The notes under the pieces were generated by a model. It was not told the origin of the DNA and searched no databases. It saw only the letters and a program-made list of their open reading frames with translations. Shown in pieces: positions 26,736 to 36,533 of a stretch of DNA of 64,000 bases. Numbering within the stretch: position 1 is the stretch's first letter; each line of letters begins with the position of its first letter. The stretch is taken from the IMG/VR virus record IMGVR_UViG_3300016667_000797, positions 14,374 to 78,373 of that record; one strand, written 5' to 3'. The DNA comes from a virus (lineage: Duplodnaviria > Caudoviricetes). The translations under genes were made by a program, and so were the position numbers.

Positions 26736-27509
26736 ATGACGCGTCGTCAATTCAGCCGTCAGCCGACTCCTGGCGCGACGGCACGACCGAGCCATCGGCT
26801 CGGATCCGGCGAAACTGATCCAATCATCGAGGCGTTCAAGCAAACCTATGTGCTTGAACGCCGCGTGCTTGAGCGTTTTCGTTTCGGCGATGTCCCGGCT
26901 TATCAGCCCTCGGCGAGCCTGGACGGCAATCAGCTGTTCGACACGCCCGAGGAGAAGCCAAAGGAAAACGAGTGGGCGATCGCTTACAACAAAATTCGAA
27001 CCGTACAGGCGATAGACCCCAACCATTACCTGAGATTGGTATTTCGGGTGTTGCGGGGTTCGGCGTTGTCAATTCCTACGATCAAACAGGTTGCAACTGC
27101 TCGTTGGTTCGAGCTGGCTCGAGAATTTGCGGAGGCCAGCAAGTTTGAAGTAAGCCAGCAATACTTGTCTGAAAGCCAACGGGCAAGGTCGGCGATCATA
27201 AGGCACCAAAAGGGGGGTGGTCACACACTCTCGTTGGCGGTATATTACGCGATCGTCGACGACCGGTTGGAGCTGTCGCCATTGTTCAGGTACTGCCTGG
27301 CGATGTCGTCCAGCAAACAGATCCGGGAGGCCGATAAAACCGATTTGTACTGCGACCGGCTCGAGAAGTTGGGCAAGCGGTACGAATTCCTGGCGGCGAT
27401 GGATTACACGTTGTTCCCCGATCTCTATGACCGGGCCTGGGGTAACGTGCTTCCATCGGGATTTCGTGTAGCGGCATTTGCTCTTCTGGAGGCTGCCCGT
27501 GGGCAGTAA
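26736..27509 (+). CDS. Hypothetical protein
   Basis: GGAGG RBS; 257 aa in the replication cluster. Confidence 0.7.
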   Translation: MTRRQFSRQPTPGATARPSHRLGSGETDPIIEAFKQTYVLERRVLERFRFGDVPAYQPSASLDGNQLFDTPEEKPKENEWAIAYNKIRTVQAIDPNHYLRLVFRVLRGSALSIPTIKQVATARWFELAREFAEASKFEVSQQYLSESQRARSAIIRHQKGGGHTLSLAVYYAIVDDRLELSPLFRYCLAMSSSKQIREADKTDLYCDRLEKLGKRYEFLAAMDYTLFPDLYDRAWGNVLPSGFRVAAFALLEAARGQ

Positions 27510-29218
27510 TGGGTGTATTTTGCGAAAGGAAGCTCATGCAGCAAGACCGGCAGTCTGCGAGACTGTCAGGCGCCCATGTACGGTTGTTTATGGCGATCCT
27601 GCTTCACAACGAAGCTGTGTTTGCCGATTTCCAGGGTAAGCTGACAGTCGATCATTTTTCTGAAGAAAGCTATCGCCTGCTCTACCGGGTGATGCTGGAC
27701 CTTTTCCAGGACAACGCTGCGTTGCCCACATCGGCGGAGGTCTGGACAGAACTCGAGAGCCACTTCGAGGCGGATTCGGAAATCGTCTCGGAAGAGAGTC
27801 GGCTGGATCTCGAGGAATTTCTCGAGTTCGCTTACGATCCCGAGCTGTTTCACGATAGTCCGCCCACCGGTAAAAAGATGGAGAACTTTGCCTTCAAGGT
27901 AGGCAAACGACTCCTCTGGCAATATACGCAGCACAAGATCGAGGTCACGGTGCGGAACGCGCCGTCCCTGGATCAGTTGCCGTTCATATTGCAGCAGCAC
28001 CAGGCTGAACTCGACGTCATTGAGATGACGTCGCAGAAGAAACAAGCGACCCTGACAATGGGTCCCAACTGGTCAAAGCATCGACCGATGGATATTCGGT
28101 CCACGGGACTTGGTTTCCTGGATCGTTATATGGGTGGCGGTGCGGCGGCAGGCGAAGCCTACGGCTTCATGGCCCCTTACGGTACCTGTAAGACGACCGT
28201 GGCCGTCATGCTCTGGTCCTGCGCAGCACAGCAGTGCTACGAGGATACGCTGTCTGAAAACTGGGACGGACGTAAAGGCCTTTCTGTGCTGGTGACCTAC
28301 GAAGCACCATTGGCACCAGAAATCCTGCATCGTCTGGTCATGTACTCGGCTCAGGTAAGCCGATACAGCCTGGAACGCATGGGTATGGATGGGATCGACG
28401 CACTGGGTGACGATCCGGATAATCCGTTGCCTTATGAAAAAGAACGCTTCAAGCAGCAATTGACTGATGTTGTATTCAAGACCGAAAAACAACGCGTGGC
28501 TGAGATCGAGCCCTGGGTAAACGCACATACCCTCTGTCTCGACTTCTCTGGCTCTGATCCGGAGCATCCAACGGCAGGCAGCGGAGGTATTCCGGAAATC
28601 GTTCAACGGATCCGTCAGGAGCTGAGGTTGCGTGGACCGGAATACTACGTCCGAAATGTGATTGTGGATTATCTGGGTTTGATGGTGGACCGTGACCTGG
28701 CAATCAAGAATGCCAAGAAGCAGGCTGAGGATCACAAGACTTATCAGCAGGCCGGTGAACAGGTCGTCCATCAGATTTCCAAGTTTTTCAACTGTCACAC
28801 TTGGCTCATGCACCAGCTTTCGGGCCAGGCCAACGCCAAGCTGAGCGCCACGGCGACGATGCACCACACCGACGCCAAAGGTTCCAAGTCGTTCGCAGAA
28901 AATCTCAACTTCGCGTTCGTGGTTGGCAACCTGAACATTGATGGCTTGGGTCAGATCACCTGTACCAAGCACCGGCGTTACCGAAAACTACCTGCCACGA
29001 TTATCAAAGTCGATGGTGAGTTCAATCTGGTACTCTCGCCAGACAACTATCAAATCGACAATCGGGGCAACATCGTGGACAAGGCCACGGCTTCGTTGGT
29101 TGGCAATGCGCCTGCGCTAAATCACGGTGTCTTCAATGACCTGGATCCACCAGAACTGCCTCCAATGACTACCGCAGCCGAGACAACGTACGAAGACACT
29201 GCTTCGTACACCGATTAA
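27509..29218 (+). CDS. DnaB-like replicative helicase
   Basis: STGLGFLD, Walker A variant APYGTCKTT, VIVDYLG Walker B, HQL, KHR; upstream of primase. Confidence 0.75.
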   Translation: MGVFCERKLMQQDRQSARLSGAHVRLFMAILLHNEAVFADFQGKLTVDHFSEESYRLLYRVMLDLFQDNAALPTSAEVWTELESHFEADSEIVSEESRLDLEEFLEFAYDPELFHDSPPTGKKMENFAFKVGKRLLWQYTQHKIEVTVRNAPSLDQLPFILQQHQAELDVIEMTSQKKQATLTMGPNWSKHRPMDIRSTGLGFLDRYMGGGAAAGEAYGFMAPYGTCKTTVAVMLWSCAAQQCYEDTLSENWDGRKGLSVLVTYEAPLAPEILHRLVMYSAQVSRYSLERMGMDGIDALGDDPDNPLPYEKERFKQQLTDVVFKTEKQRVAEIEPWVNAHTLCLDFSGSDPEHPTAGSGGIPEIVQRIRQELRLRGPEYYVRNVIVDYLGLMVDRDLAIKNAKKQAEDHKTYQQAGEQVVHQISKFFNCHTWLMHQLSGQANAKLSATATMHHTDAKGSKSFAENLNFAFVVGNLNIDGLGQITCTKHRRYRKLPATIIKVDGEFNLVLSPDNYQIDNRGNIVDKATASLVGNAPALNHGVFNDLDPPELPPMTTAAETTYEDTASYTD

Positions 29219-29228
29219 GGACAGAACC

Positions 29229-30311
29229 ATGACGAATGACGAAAAGCAGGCCCTGAACCGGGCTCTGTATCGTCGCTGTGTAGCTACCTTCAGGTACGTC
29301 AAGGTTCGTAACCCAGGAGAAAATCAGACCCGCAAGTTGCGCATGGATTTGACGAGCGGCAAGCATAAGCCGTTCATCATACATCCGGGTGAATACTACG
29401 CGGTCTGCTGCCCCTTCTGTAACGACACCCGCTTTCGGTGCTACATCAACCATCGGTACGGTACGGACGACGAATTCCGTCGACCGCAGACCCACCTGGC
29501 GACCTGCTTCAACGCGGGTTGCCCCCTCGCCAACAAAGACCAGGAAACGTATCAGCAGCTCGAGCAGATGCTGCTCGGACACAAGCTGGTTGAGCTGCGT
29601 ACCGCCCAGATCCAGCCCGGCCGTGACATCGACGTCGATGCCGTGCGAATGAACTGGCCGGGCAAGGTGACGCGTGTGGACAAACTCCCCGCCGCACACG
29701 AAGCCCGGATCTATCTGGAAAGCCGCGACTTTGACCCGGACGTGATCGGGCGGTTCTGGAATGTCCATTGGTGTTACGAGGCCGATCGCTACATCTGCCA
29801 GGATCGTCTGATCATCCCCATCTACCACAACAAACGTATGGTGGGCTGGCAGGCGCGTGCGGCCTATGAAACCAACTGGAAACTTTCCAATCTCCCCAAG
29901 TATTACACGGCACCAGGCACACCCAGACGTCAGATTCTCTACAACTTCGGCAACGCAGTCCGGCATCAGACCGGGATCGTTGTCGAAGGTGTGACGGACG
30001 TCTGGCGGATTGGGCCTCAAGCCATGTGCACGCTGGGGGCCAGCTTTACCACGCAGCAGCAGACCCTGTTTCGACGGGGCTTTCGCGACTATTCTGGCGT
30101 GCTACTCTACGATCCGGACGTGAAAGAGAAGCTGGCAGAGCGCTCTTCGGAAATCGAGACGAAGCTCAACGAACAACTCAAATCCGGATTTTGCAGCGTG
30201 CAATTACCGGACGGAACTGACCCGGGGTCACTCTCTCGGGATTTTCTCAGACCCTATATCAGCCAACAAGCCGCCGAAAAGGGCGTGCATATTTCTTGGA
30301 AACGGAGGTAA
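29229..30311 (+). CDS. DNA primase
   Basis: CCPFCND...CFNAGC zinc ribbon, RLIIPI, GWQAR, TOPRIM IVVEGVTDV and YDPD. Confidence 0.85.
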   Translation: MTNDEKQALNRALYRRCVATFRYVKVRNPGENQTRKLRMDLTSGKHKPFIIHPGEYYAVCCPFCNDTRFRCYINHRYGTDDEFRRPQTHLATCFNAGCPLANKDQETYQQLEQMLLGHKLVELRTAQIQPGRDIDVDAVRMNWPGKVTRVDKLPAAHEARIYLESRDFDPDVIGRFWNVHWCYEADRYICQDRLIIPIYHNKRMVGWQARAAYETNWKLSNLPKYYTAPGTPRRQILYNFGNAVRHQTGIVVEGVTDVWRIGPQAMCTLGASFTTQQQTLFRRGFRDYSGVLLYDPDVKEKLAERSSEIETKLNEQLKSGFCSVQLPDGTDPGSLSRDFLRPYISQQAAEKGVHISWKRR

Positions 30312-30314
30312 ACG

Positions 30315-33300
30315 ATGGCGTTGCCTGGTCGTAAGCTGCGGATACAGAAAGGCGGGATCGAGCTGACGGCCCCCGCTGTCAACCCCATGCGAGCCCAGGT
30401 GCAGGCCAAGCGTCTGCACGACATGCAGACTGGCTCGGCGATCTTCCCGCTGGATGCTCCTGGTCTGCCGATCCTGCCGCCCAACTCTGCTTTCATCAGC
30501 CACGTGAATGCGCTTGGCGATAAAGAGAGTCGGATCATAGAAGAATCGGTCAAAGGTGCCGACGGCAAGAAGACTGTTGTCAAAAAGCTGGCGTACGGTG
30601 ACGCACTCCAGGATTTGATTCAACGGGCGCTCCGCACACCTGAGTTCACCTTACCGGTGGAAGTCGGGCCGCACCAAGAAAAGGAAGCGATGTTCGTCCC
30701 TGGGCATATCTGGGGTGGCGACCACGGGACCGGGCCGAGGGCGGCCAAGGTCATGGTTATCAACAAGAATCCCTGGGTCACGGAGATCAACCAGCAGCGG
30801 TGCCTGAACGGTGAAGAGGGTAAGCTGCTGATTGACATCTTCCAGAGGCTCAAGGCCAAGGGCGTCGGCAAGTATTACGTGACACACCTGGTCAAGTTCA
30901 TGCCGCCTGACTACAAGACCGTGCTCAAGTCGGTCTGGGTCAAGGACTGCATGCACCTGCTCATGCAGGAGATCAAGATCGTCCAGCCGGACTACATCCT
31001 TTGTCTGGGTGGCGATGCCAGCAAGGCGATCCTGGGTAATGGGTCCAGCGTCACGGATATGGAAGGACGCGTCGGCACGTTCCGTTACAACACGGCGTAT
31101 TCGGCCAAGGAAGAAGCCGAAAGCTGGCGTGAAGCCAAGGTCATGACGGTCGTCCACCCTAAGCAGGTCCTCCGTGACCAGTCGGCCTTGCGCCAGCTGG
31201 AGAACGGCCTGGCCCGTTTTGTGGCGATGGTCAACGGCGCTGATGTCGGTGCCACTGAAACCGTTGACCACAAAACGGTGGACGATCACTGGGATTTGCT
31301 GGACCTGCTGATCCAGATCGAGCAGGATGAAACCAAAGAAGACGACGTGATCGCGGTGGATGCCGAGTGGCATGGCCAGCACCCGGTCAATGCGGGCAGC
31401 TACATGCGGACGATCCAGTTTGCCTGGAAGCCCAAGCACGCAGTCGGCATCAAGCTGCACGAGCCGGGCGGTCGACCAGTCGCCGGGTTTACTGGTGCGG
31501 ACGACGAGGTGACTGACCGGGGTATCCGCACCAAGTCGATCGAGCTCCTGAATACCTTCTTCAAGGGTGGCGAGTATGATCTGGGCCAGGAGAAGATCAA
31601 GTTCCGCCGCAAGCGTGTGGTCGGACACTTCTTCAATGCTGACTTGGAGTGGTTGGTGGCCTATGGCCTGAACATCCAGGAATGCTTCATGGCCCCGCTC
31701 TACGACTTTGTGTTGGATGCGACCAACCGGCACAAGAAGACCCGCAGGCTCTACCGGCTTTACCGCCAGGAGGGCTTCAAGGACGGCGACCGGGTTCCGG
31801 CCTGGTATCGCACCAAGTTTGAAGGCGGGGCCGACACCGGCCTGATGGCGCACGCCATCGAGGAGACGGCCAGCTACAAGCTGGAGACCCTGGCCATGCG
31901 TTACACCACCGCGCCACGGTACGACCAGGCGCTGCAACAGTGGAAGACCGACTACTGTCGCACAGAGGGGTTGAGCAACAAGGCGCTCGAAGGGTACGGC
32001 ATGTGCCCGGACGAGATCCTGCTGCCATACGGCATCTATGACGCCGACGTCACGCTCCGACTCTTCTACAAGTTCGACCTGCTGTTGGACGAGGACTACG
32101 AAGGCAACAACTGCCGGGAAGCGTTCTGGGAATCCCAGATCGCCACGCCCGCTGTGCTGGAGATCCACCGGACCGGCATCACGGTCGACCGTAACCGGAT
32201 CGACTTCCTCACGGCTCGGTTCATCGAGGCCAAGACCGGCCTGGAGTCAAAGCTGCGGGAAGAGATCCAGTGGCCCGACTTCAACATCCGGTCGACCCAC
32301 CACGTGCGCGAGTTTCTCTTCGGGCACAAGCTGAACGGTCGCCTGGACAAGACGACGGGTAATCCGGTGCGGATCCGGCCGGAAGGTGCGGCGACGCTTG
32401 GGCTGACACCGATTTTTGACACGTCTAAGCCGCCCAAGCCGTGGCGGGAAATCCAGCGGATGAATCGGGAGCACGAACATGCCCCGTCAACCAACAAGCA
32501 GGTGATGTCGCTCCTGGCGCAAAGTGCGCCTAGTGAACGACAGGGCCGCCTGGTCAACATGCTGCGTGACTACCGGTTCCTCGACCAGGTCCTGAAGACG
32601 TTGCTTCGGCCGCCCAAGACGGACGACGTCACCGAAGAGACCATCTACAACGAAGACGGCTTCATGGAGTACGAGGACGGTCTGGCGTCGATGTGTTGCG
32701 ATGACGGCAAGGTCAGGACGCACATTTACCAGACCAAGGAAACCGGCCGGTGGTCGAGCGCGCGCCCCAACTTGCAGAATATCAGCAAGCAGCGCGATCC
32801 TGACTACAAGCGGCTCCTGGGTGACCAGTACAAATACAGCCTGCGGAGCGTCCTCAAGGCGTCGCCCGGGCACACGCTGGTGGAAGCTGACTATGTCGGT
32901 GCCGAGCTCTTCGGTATGGCGGTCATGTCGGGCGACCCGAACATGATTGCCCATGCCCAGCGTAACCAGCTGCCGGAAGACCACCCGGATTACTATGACA
33001 TCCACAGTAATGTGGCGTGCTTTGCGTTCAAGCTGACCTGTCCGCCTACCAAGAGCGGCCTGGAAAGCATTGGCAAGAAGCACATCCGGATCGTGGCCAA
33101 GTCGGTGATCTTCGGGATCGCTTATGGTCGTGGGGCCAAGGCGATCGCGGTGGCGGCCAAGGAGCAGGGCATTCAGATCGACGTCAACGAGGCCCAGGCC
33201 GTGATTGACGCGATCTTCCAGATGTACCCGCTCCTCAAGCCGTTCTTTGATGAGTGTCAACAACGTGCGGCCGGGGTCTATATTGATCCGCGCACCAACG

Positions 33301-33956
33301 AACCGGTCACCGAGCGTTACCTCTGTAACTGCTACGGCCGGTTCCGGCGGTTCCCTGATTCCAGCAGCGACGAGTCGTTGCGTGCGGAGTTCGGGCGACA
33401 GGCCATGAATTTTCCGATCCAGTCAATGATTGCCTCGGCCGTGAGCCGCGCCCTGGCCTACATCTACGACTACAAAGCACGCCAGCTCAAGCGGGGCCGG
33501 GACGTCTTCAAGATTGTCTTGCAGATCCACGACGCCATCCTGCTGGAGGTGCCCAACGAATATGTCGAGCACGTGTGTGAGTATGTGCTGCCGACTTTCA
33601 TGCGCAAAGCGGTGCCGATCTATCCCAGCACGCTGGACGGTATTCCAACCGGCAGCGGTCCGTATTACCTCGGCATTGAAGCTGAGGTAATGAATCACTG
33701 GGGCGAGAAGCTGACAGCCCAGGAAGCCGAGGAACGGGGTATTCCTGTGGGCCACGGCGGTGCCGAGGGCTGCGTGGTGACCTACAGCAAGCCCGGCCCA
33801 CCCAAGCCGCAGCGTTCGGTGGTACAGGCCAGCAAGGTCCGGCCACCGCGCGAGCTGGAGGACAAGGAATACACTAACTGGCTCAGGAAAAAAGAACGGA
33901 GGAAATGGTGTTCGTTGTCATTGATGGACTGGATGGATCAGGCAAAGGGACAGTAA
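30315..33956 (+). CDS. polA: Family A DNA polymerase with N-terminal uracil-DNA-glycosylase-like domain and 3'-5' exonuclease
   Basis: UDG-like LMQEIKIVQPDYILCLGGDA and HPKQVLR; exo VDAEW, HFFNAD, YDAD; pol GRWSSARPNLQN, EADY, KSVIFGIAYG, QIHDAI. Confidence 0.92.
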   Translation: MALPGRKLRIQKGGIELTAPAVNPMRAQVQAKRLHDMQTGSAIFPLDAPGLPILPPNSAFISHVNALGDKESRIIEESVKGADGKKTVVKKLAYGDALQDLIQRALRTPEFTLPVEVGPHQEKEAMFVPGHIWGGDHGTGPRAAKVMVINKNPWVTEINQQRCLNGEEGKLLIDIFQRLKAKGVGKYYVTHLVKFMPPDYKTVLKSVWVKDCMHLLMQEIKIVQPDYILCLGGDASKAILGNGSSVTDMEGRVGTFRYNTAYSAKEEAESWREAKVMTVVHPKQVLRDQSALRQLENGLARFVAMVNGADVGATETVDHKTVDDHWDLLDLLIQIEQDETKEDDVIAVDAEWHGQHPVNAGSYMRTIQFAWKPKHAVGIKLHEPGGRPVAGFTGADDEVTDRGIRTKSIELLNTFFKGGEYDLGQEKIKFRRKRVVGHFFNADLEWLVAYGLNIQECFMAPLYDFVLDATNRHKKTRRLYRLYRQEGFKDGDRVPAWYRTKFEGGADTGLMAHAIEETASYKLETLAMRYTTAPRYDQALQQWKTDYCRTEGLSNKALEGYGMCPDEILLPYGIYDADVTLRLFYKFDLLLDEDYEGNNCREAFWESQIATPAVLEIHRTGITVDRNRIDFLTARFIEAKTGLESKLREEIQWPDFNIRSTHHVREFLFGHKLNGRLDKTTGNPVRIRPEGAATLGLTPIFDTSKPPKPWREIQRMNREHEHAPSTNKQVMSLLAQSAPSERQGRLVNMLRDYRFLDQVLKTLLRPPKTDDVTEETIYNEDGFMEYEDGLASMCCDDGKVRTHIYQTKETGRWSSARPNLQNISKQRDPDYKRLLGDQYKYSLRSVLKASPGHTLVEADYVGAELFGMAVMSGDPNMIAHAQRNQLPEDHPDYYDIHSNVACFAFKLTCPPTKSGLESIGKKHIRIVAKSVIFGIAYGRGAKAIAVAAKEQGIQIDVNEAQAVIDAIFQMYPLLKPFFDECQQRAAGVYIDPRTNEPVTERYLCNCYGRFRRFPDSSSDESLRAEFGRQAMNFPIQSMIASAVSRALAYIYDYKARQLKRGRDVFKIVLQIHDAILLEVPNEYVEHVCEYVLPTFMRKAVPIYPSTLDGIPTGSGPYYLGIEAEVMNHWGEKLTAQEAEERGIPVGHGGAEGCVVTYSKPGPPKPQRSVVQASKVRPPRELEDKEYTNWLRKKERRKWCSLSLMDWMDQAKGQ

Positions 33957-34588
33957 CCGGATTGCTGAACGAGCGTCTGCAGAAGCTGGGCTACAAATCC
34001 AGCAAGTTCAGCTTTCCGGGTTACGACAAGACGAGCTGCGGCAAACTGGTGGGCCGATACCTGAACGGCGAGTTCGGGACCGGCATCCATCCCTACCTCT
34101 GGGGCTCGCTCTACGCCCTGGACCGGTTTGAGCTCAAGCCTGCGCTTGAGCGGGAACTGGCCCAAAACGACTTCGTACTGGCCGACCGGTACGTCACGTC
34201 GAATCTCTGTTATGCCGCGATGCAGTCGTCTCCGGACGAGCGCGACGCGGTGGTCAACCACTTCGTGACGCTGGAATACGGCATCCTCCGGATGCCCATT
34301 CCGGATGTCATCATCTTTCTGGATATGCCGGTGAATTTCGCCGTCCAGAATATTGCAAAGAAGGAGACCAGGACGTACACTGGTCGAGCTGCCGACATCA
34401 ATGAGGCAGACGTAAACCTACTAGCACGGACGCGGGAGTTTTACGCCAAGGAGCTGATGGCTCGCCATCCACTTCAGTCGCGTTTCATTCCCGTTGAATG
34501 TACAGCCAACAATCAGCTCGTCGCGATCGCAAAGATCGTTGAGCAAGTCTTCGGCACTATCTCGAATCTACACTCAAGGAGCATCTAA
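33905..34588 (+). CDS. tmk: Thymidylate (dTMP) kinase
   Basis: IDGLDGSGKGT P-loop, FSFP, LADRY, PDVIIFLD. Confidence 0.9.
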   Translation: MVFVVIDGLDGSGKGTVTGLLNERLQKLGYKSSKFSFPGYDKTSCGKLVGRYLNGEFGTGIHPYLWGSLYALDRFELKPALERELAQNDFVLADRYVTSNLCYAAMQSSPDERDAVVNHFVTLEYGILRMPIPDVIIFLDMPVNFAVQNIAKKETRTYTGRAADINEADVNLLARTREFYAKELMARHPLQSRFIPVECTANNQLVAIAKIVEQVFGTISNLHSRSI

Positions 34589-34591
34589 CCC

Positions 34592-36463
34592 ATGCGCGCC
34601 AAACGTACTCTCGTTCCTCGCACACGTGAATCCATCAATCGCCGAATGGAGCCCGATCAAGACCAAGGCAATAACGGCTTACTACGCGGTGACTACACAA
34701 TCAATCCAAAACTCCAGAACGTCCGTTACGACCGCCTGCGTTGCTACGAAGGCGGTAAAGCGGTCATTCGTATCTGGAACATGCTTGACCCCGAACAACC
34801 GGGTGACGCACTTCTCAATGGACGCCTAAGCACCCAGCAGACCGCTGGTCTGGGCGGCATGTCAATTTCCGAGCCTGCTACCTGCGTACAATTCGCCGGT
34901 CTGAGTAAGAAGTCCGGCTACGCCCTGCTGAATGGGCAGGACCCCGCACAGTTCAGCTACATCATTGCACGTAACCGCCAACGCGTGGTGGATGACATCA
35001 GCTTCTGGGACGAGCCCTATGTCAAGCTCTACGTCACGGCCAAGAAGGCTCGCGACATGGGTGAGTTTGGCAACGGCCGCATGTGGGATCCGCGCTGGAA
35101 TCAGCTCATGGCTGGCCAGTATCACGCGCTCTCGGCCTTCAAGTCCAAGTATTTCGTGGTCGCCTCAGTCTACGAGAACGGTTCAAATCTGGATTTGACT
35201 CGGGAGCACATTGAGTACACCAAAGGCAGCAAGACGATCGTCAAGGATATACTACGCAACGGCCTGCCGTTGGGTGAGGCACCCAACGATCCGCTGGTCG
35301 TGTTGCAGCTGCCCGTTTCGGCAGGCAGCCGGATCTTCAAGCTCGCCAACAAGGAGAAGCAGGAATGGACCGGCGACGAAACCATCGACCCGAGCGTGCT
35401 TTTCACCTACGGTGATCCGTGCGGCCGGTTCCAGCCTGCGACCAACACGGTCAAGGGTGGTCTGTTCTTCACGTTCTATAATCCGGATCACGTGACGATC
35501 GACAAGCACACGACGTTCAAAGGCTCGTCTTCGGACAAGGCGATCGTCGAGTATGAAGTCGCGGTCAGCACCAAGTATGAGGGTCCAAACGGCACTCTTT
35601 CGGCCAGTCTAAATGCTGATCAGGTGGACAACATCCTGGCCAAGCACCTCTTCTTCTGGAAGGAGTTCGACCAGGATCCGGCCGACAGTTACCTGCTGCA
35701 TGAGCCGTCCCTGGAAGAACGCTGCGTCTGGATTGCCAAAGGCTTCCGCACGATTCCGAAGCTGCTGGAGTTCTCCTGGATGTCCAATCCGGAATACCTC
35801 AACTTCAGCTCGGTGCAGGGCATACTCAACAACCGGACTTCGGTTGTCATGCCTGCCATCGAAGCAGACGAGGAGGATGCCGAACCGCAAGCCCCTCCGG
35901 CCCGCCGTACGATAGAGACCACGGCCAAGCGTTCCCGGCCCGCTCAGGTGGAACCGGACGAGGACTTTGCAGAGGAAGCTCCGGTACATCGCCGGGCGGC
36001 GACGTCTGACCTGTCGCAGTCCGGGTACAAAAAGTCGAGGGAACGTGACGACGAGTTTGAAGTCGAAGCTCCCAAGTCCAAAGCGGCCGCGATTGCGGAC
36101 GAGTTCGAAGCCGAAAATCTCAAGCGAGCTTCCAGCAAACCCAAGTCCAAAGCGGCCGCGATTGCGGACGAGCTTGAACTTGAGTTGGACGAGGATGCCG
36201 AAGAGGAAATTCCGAGCAAGCCGAGCCGTACTCAGGCTCAGATTGAAGAGGATGACGACTACGGCGACGATGATGAGCTTGAGGAAACCGACGACGAAGA
36301 GTCGGAAGATTCCGAAGACTTTAATAGCTGGGACGATGAAGCGGCGGGCGACGCGCTCACCGACCAGTTGAACAACAGCATGGCCAAAGCCAAGGGTCTT
36401 GCTCGTAGCCAGAGTCGGCCGTCAAGTGCGCCTGAACCGGCACCCAAGCGTCGCACCCGCTGA
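34592..36463 (+). CDS. Large protein with acidic C-terminal third, possible ssDNA-binding protein
   Basis: Position between tmk and RecA-like gene; long D/E-rich tail; function inferred only. Confidence 0.4.
   Translation: MRAKRTLVPRTRESINRRMEPDQDQGNNGLLRGDYTINPKLQNVRYDRLRCYEGGKAVIRIWNMLDPEQPGDALLNGRLSTQQTAGLGGMSISEPATCVQFAGLSKKSGYALLNGQDPAQFSYIIARNRQRVVDDISFWDEPYVKLYVTAKKARDMGEFGNGRMWDPRWNQLMAGQYHALSAFKSKYFVVASVYENGSNLDLTREHIEYTKGSKTIVKDILRNGLPLGEAPNDPLVVLQLPVSAGSRIFKLANKEKQEWTGDETIDPSVLFTYGDPCGRFQPATNTVKGGLFFTFYNPDHVTIDKHTTFKGSSSDKAIVEYEVAVSTKYEGPNGTLSASLNADQVDNILAKHLFFWKEFDQDPADSYLLHEPSLEERCVWIAKGFRTIPKLLEFSWMSNPEYLNFSSVQGILNNRTSVVMPAIEADEEDAEPQAPPARRTIETTAKRSRPAQVEPDEDFAEEAPVHRRAATSDLSQSGYKKSRERDDEFEVEAPKSKAAAIADEFEAENLKRASSKPKSKAAAIADELELELDEDAEEEIPSKPSRTQAQIEEDDDYGDDDELEETDDEESEDSEDFNSWDDEAAGDALTDQLNNSMAKAKGLARSQSRPSSAPEPAPKRRTR
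36071..36172 (+). repeat. Exact 33-bp in-frame direct repeat (PKSKAAAIADE x2)
   Basis: CCCAAGTCCAAAGCGGCCGCGATTGCGGACGAG at 36071-36103 and 36140-36172. Confidence 0.9.
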
Positions 36464-36533
36464 TCGTTGTTTTCACAGAGGGTCGGGGCTCGGTGCCCCG
36501 GCCTTTCCCTTTGCCTGACATACGGAGTAACTA

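Noticed and set aside
30651-32168. 505-aa minus-strand ORF, and similar ones at 49202..50716 and 21655..22680
   Set aside because: Antisense shadows of well-supported + strand genes with strong GC3 bias; no motifs.
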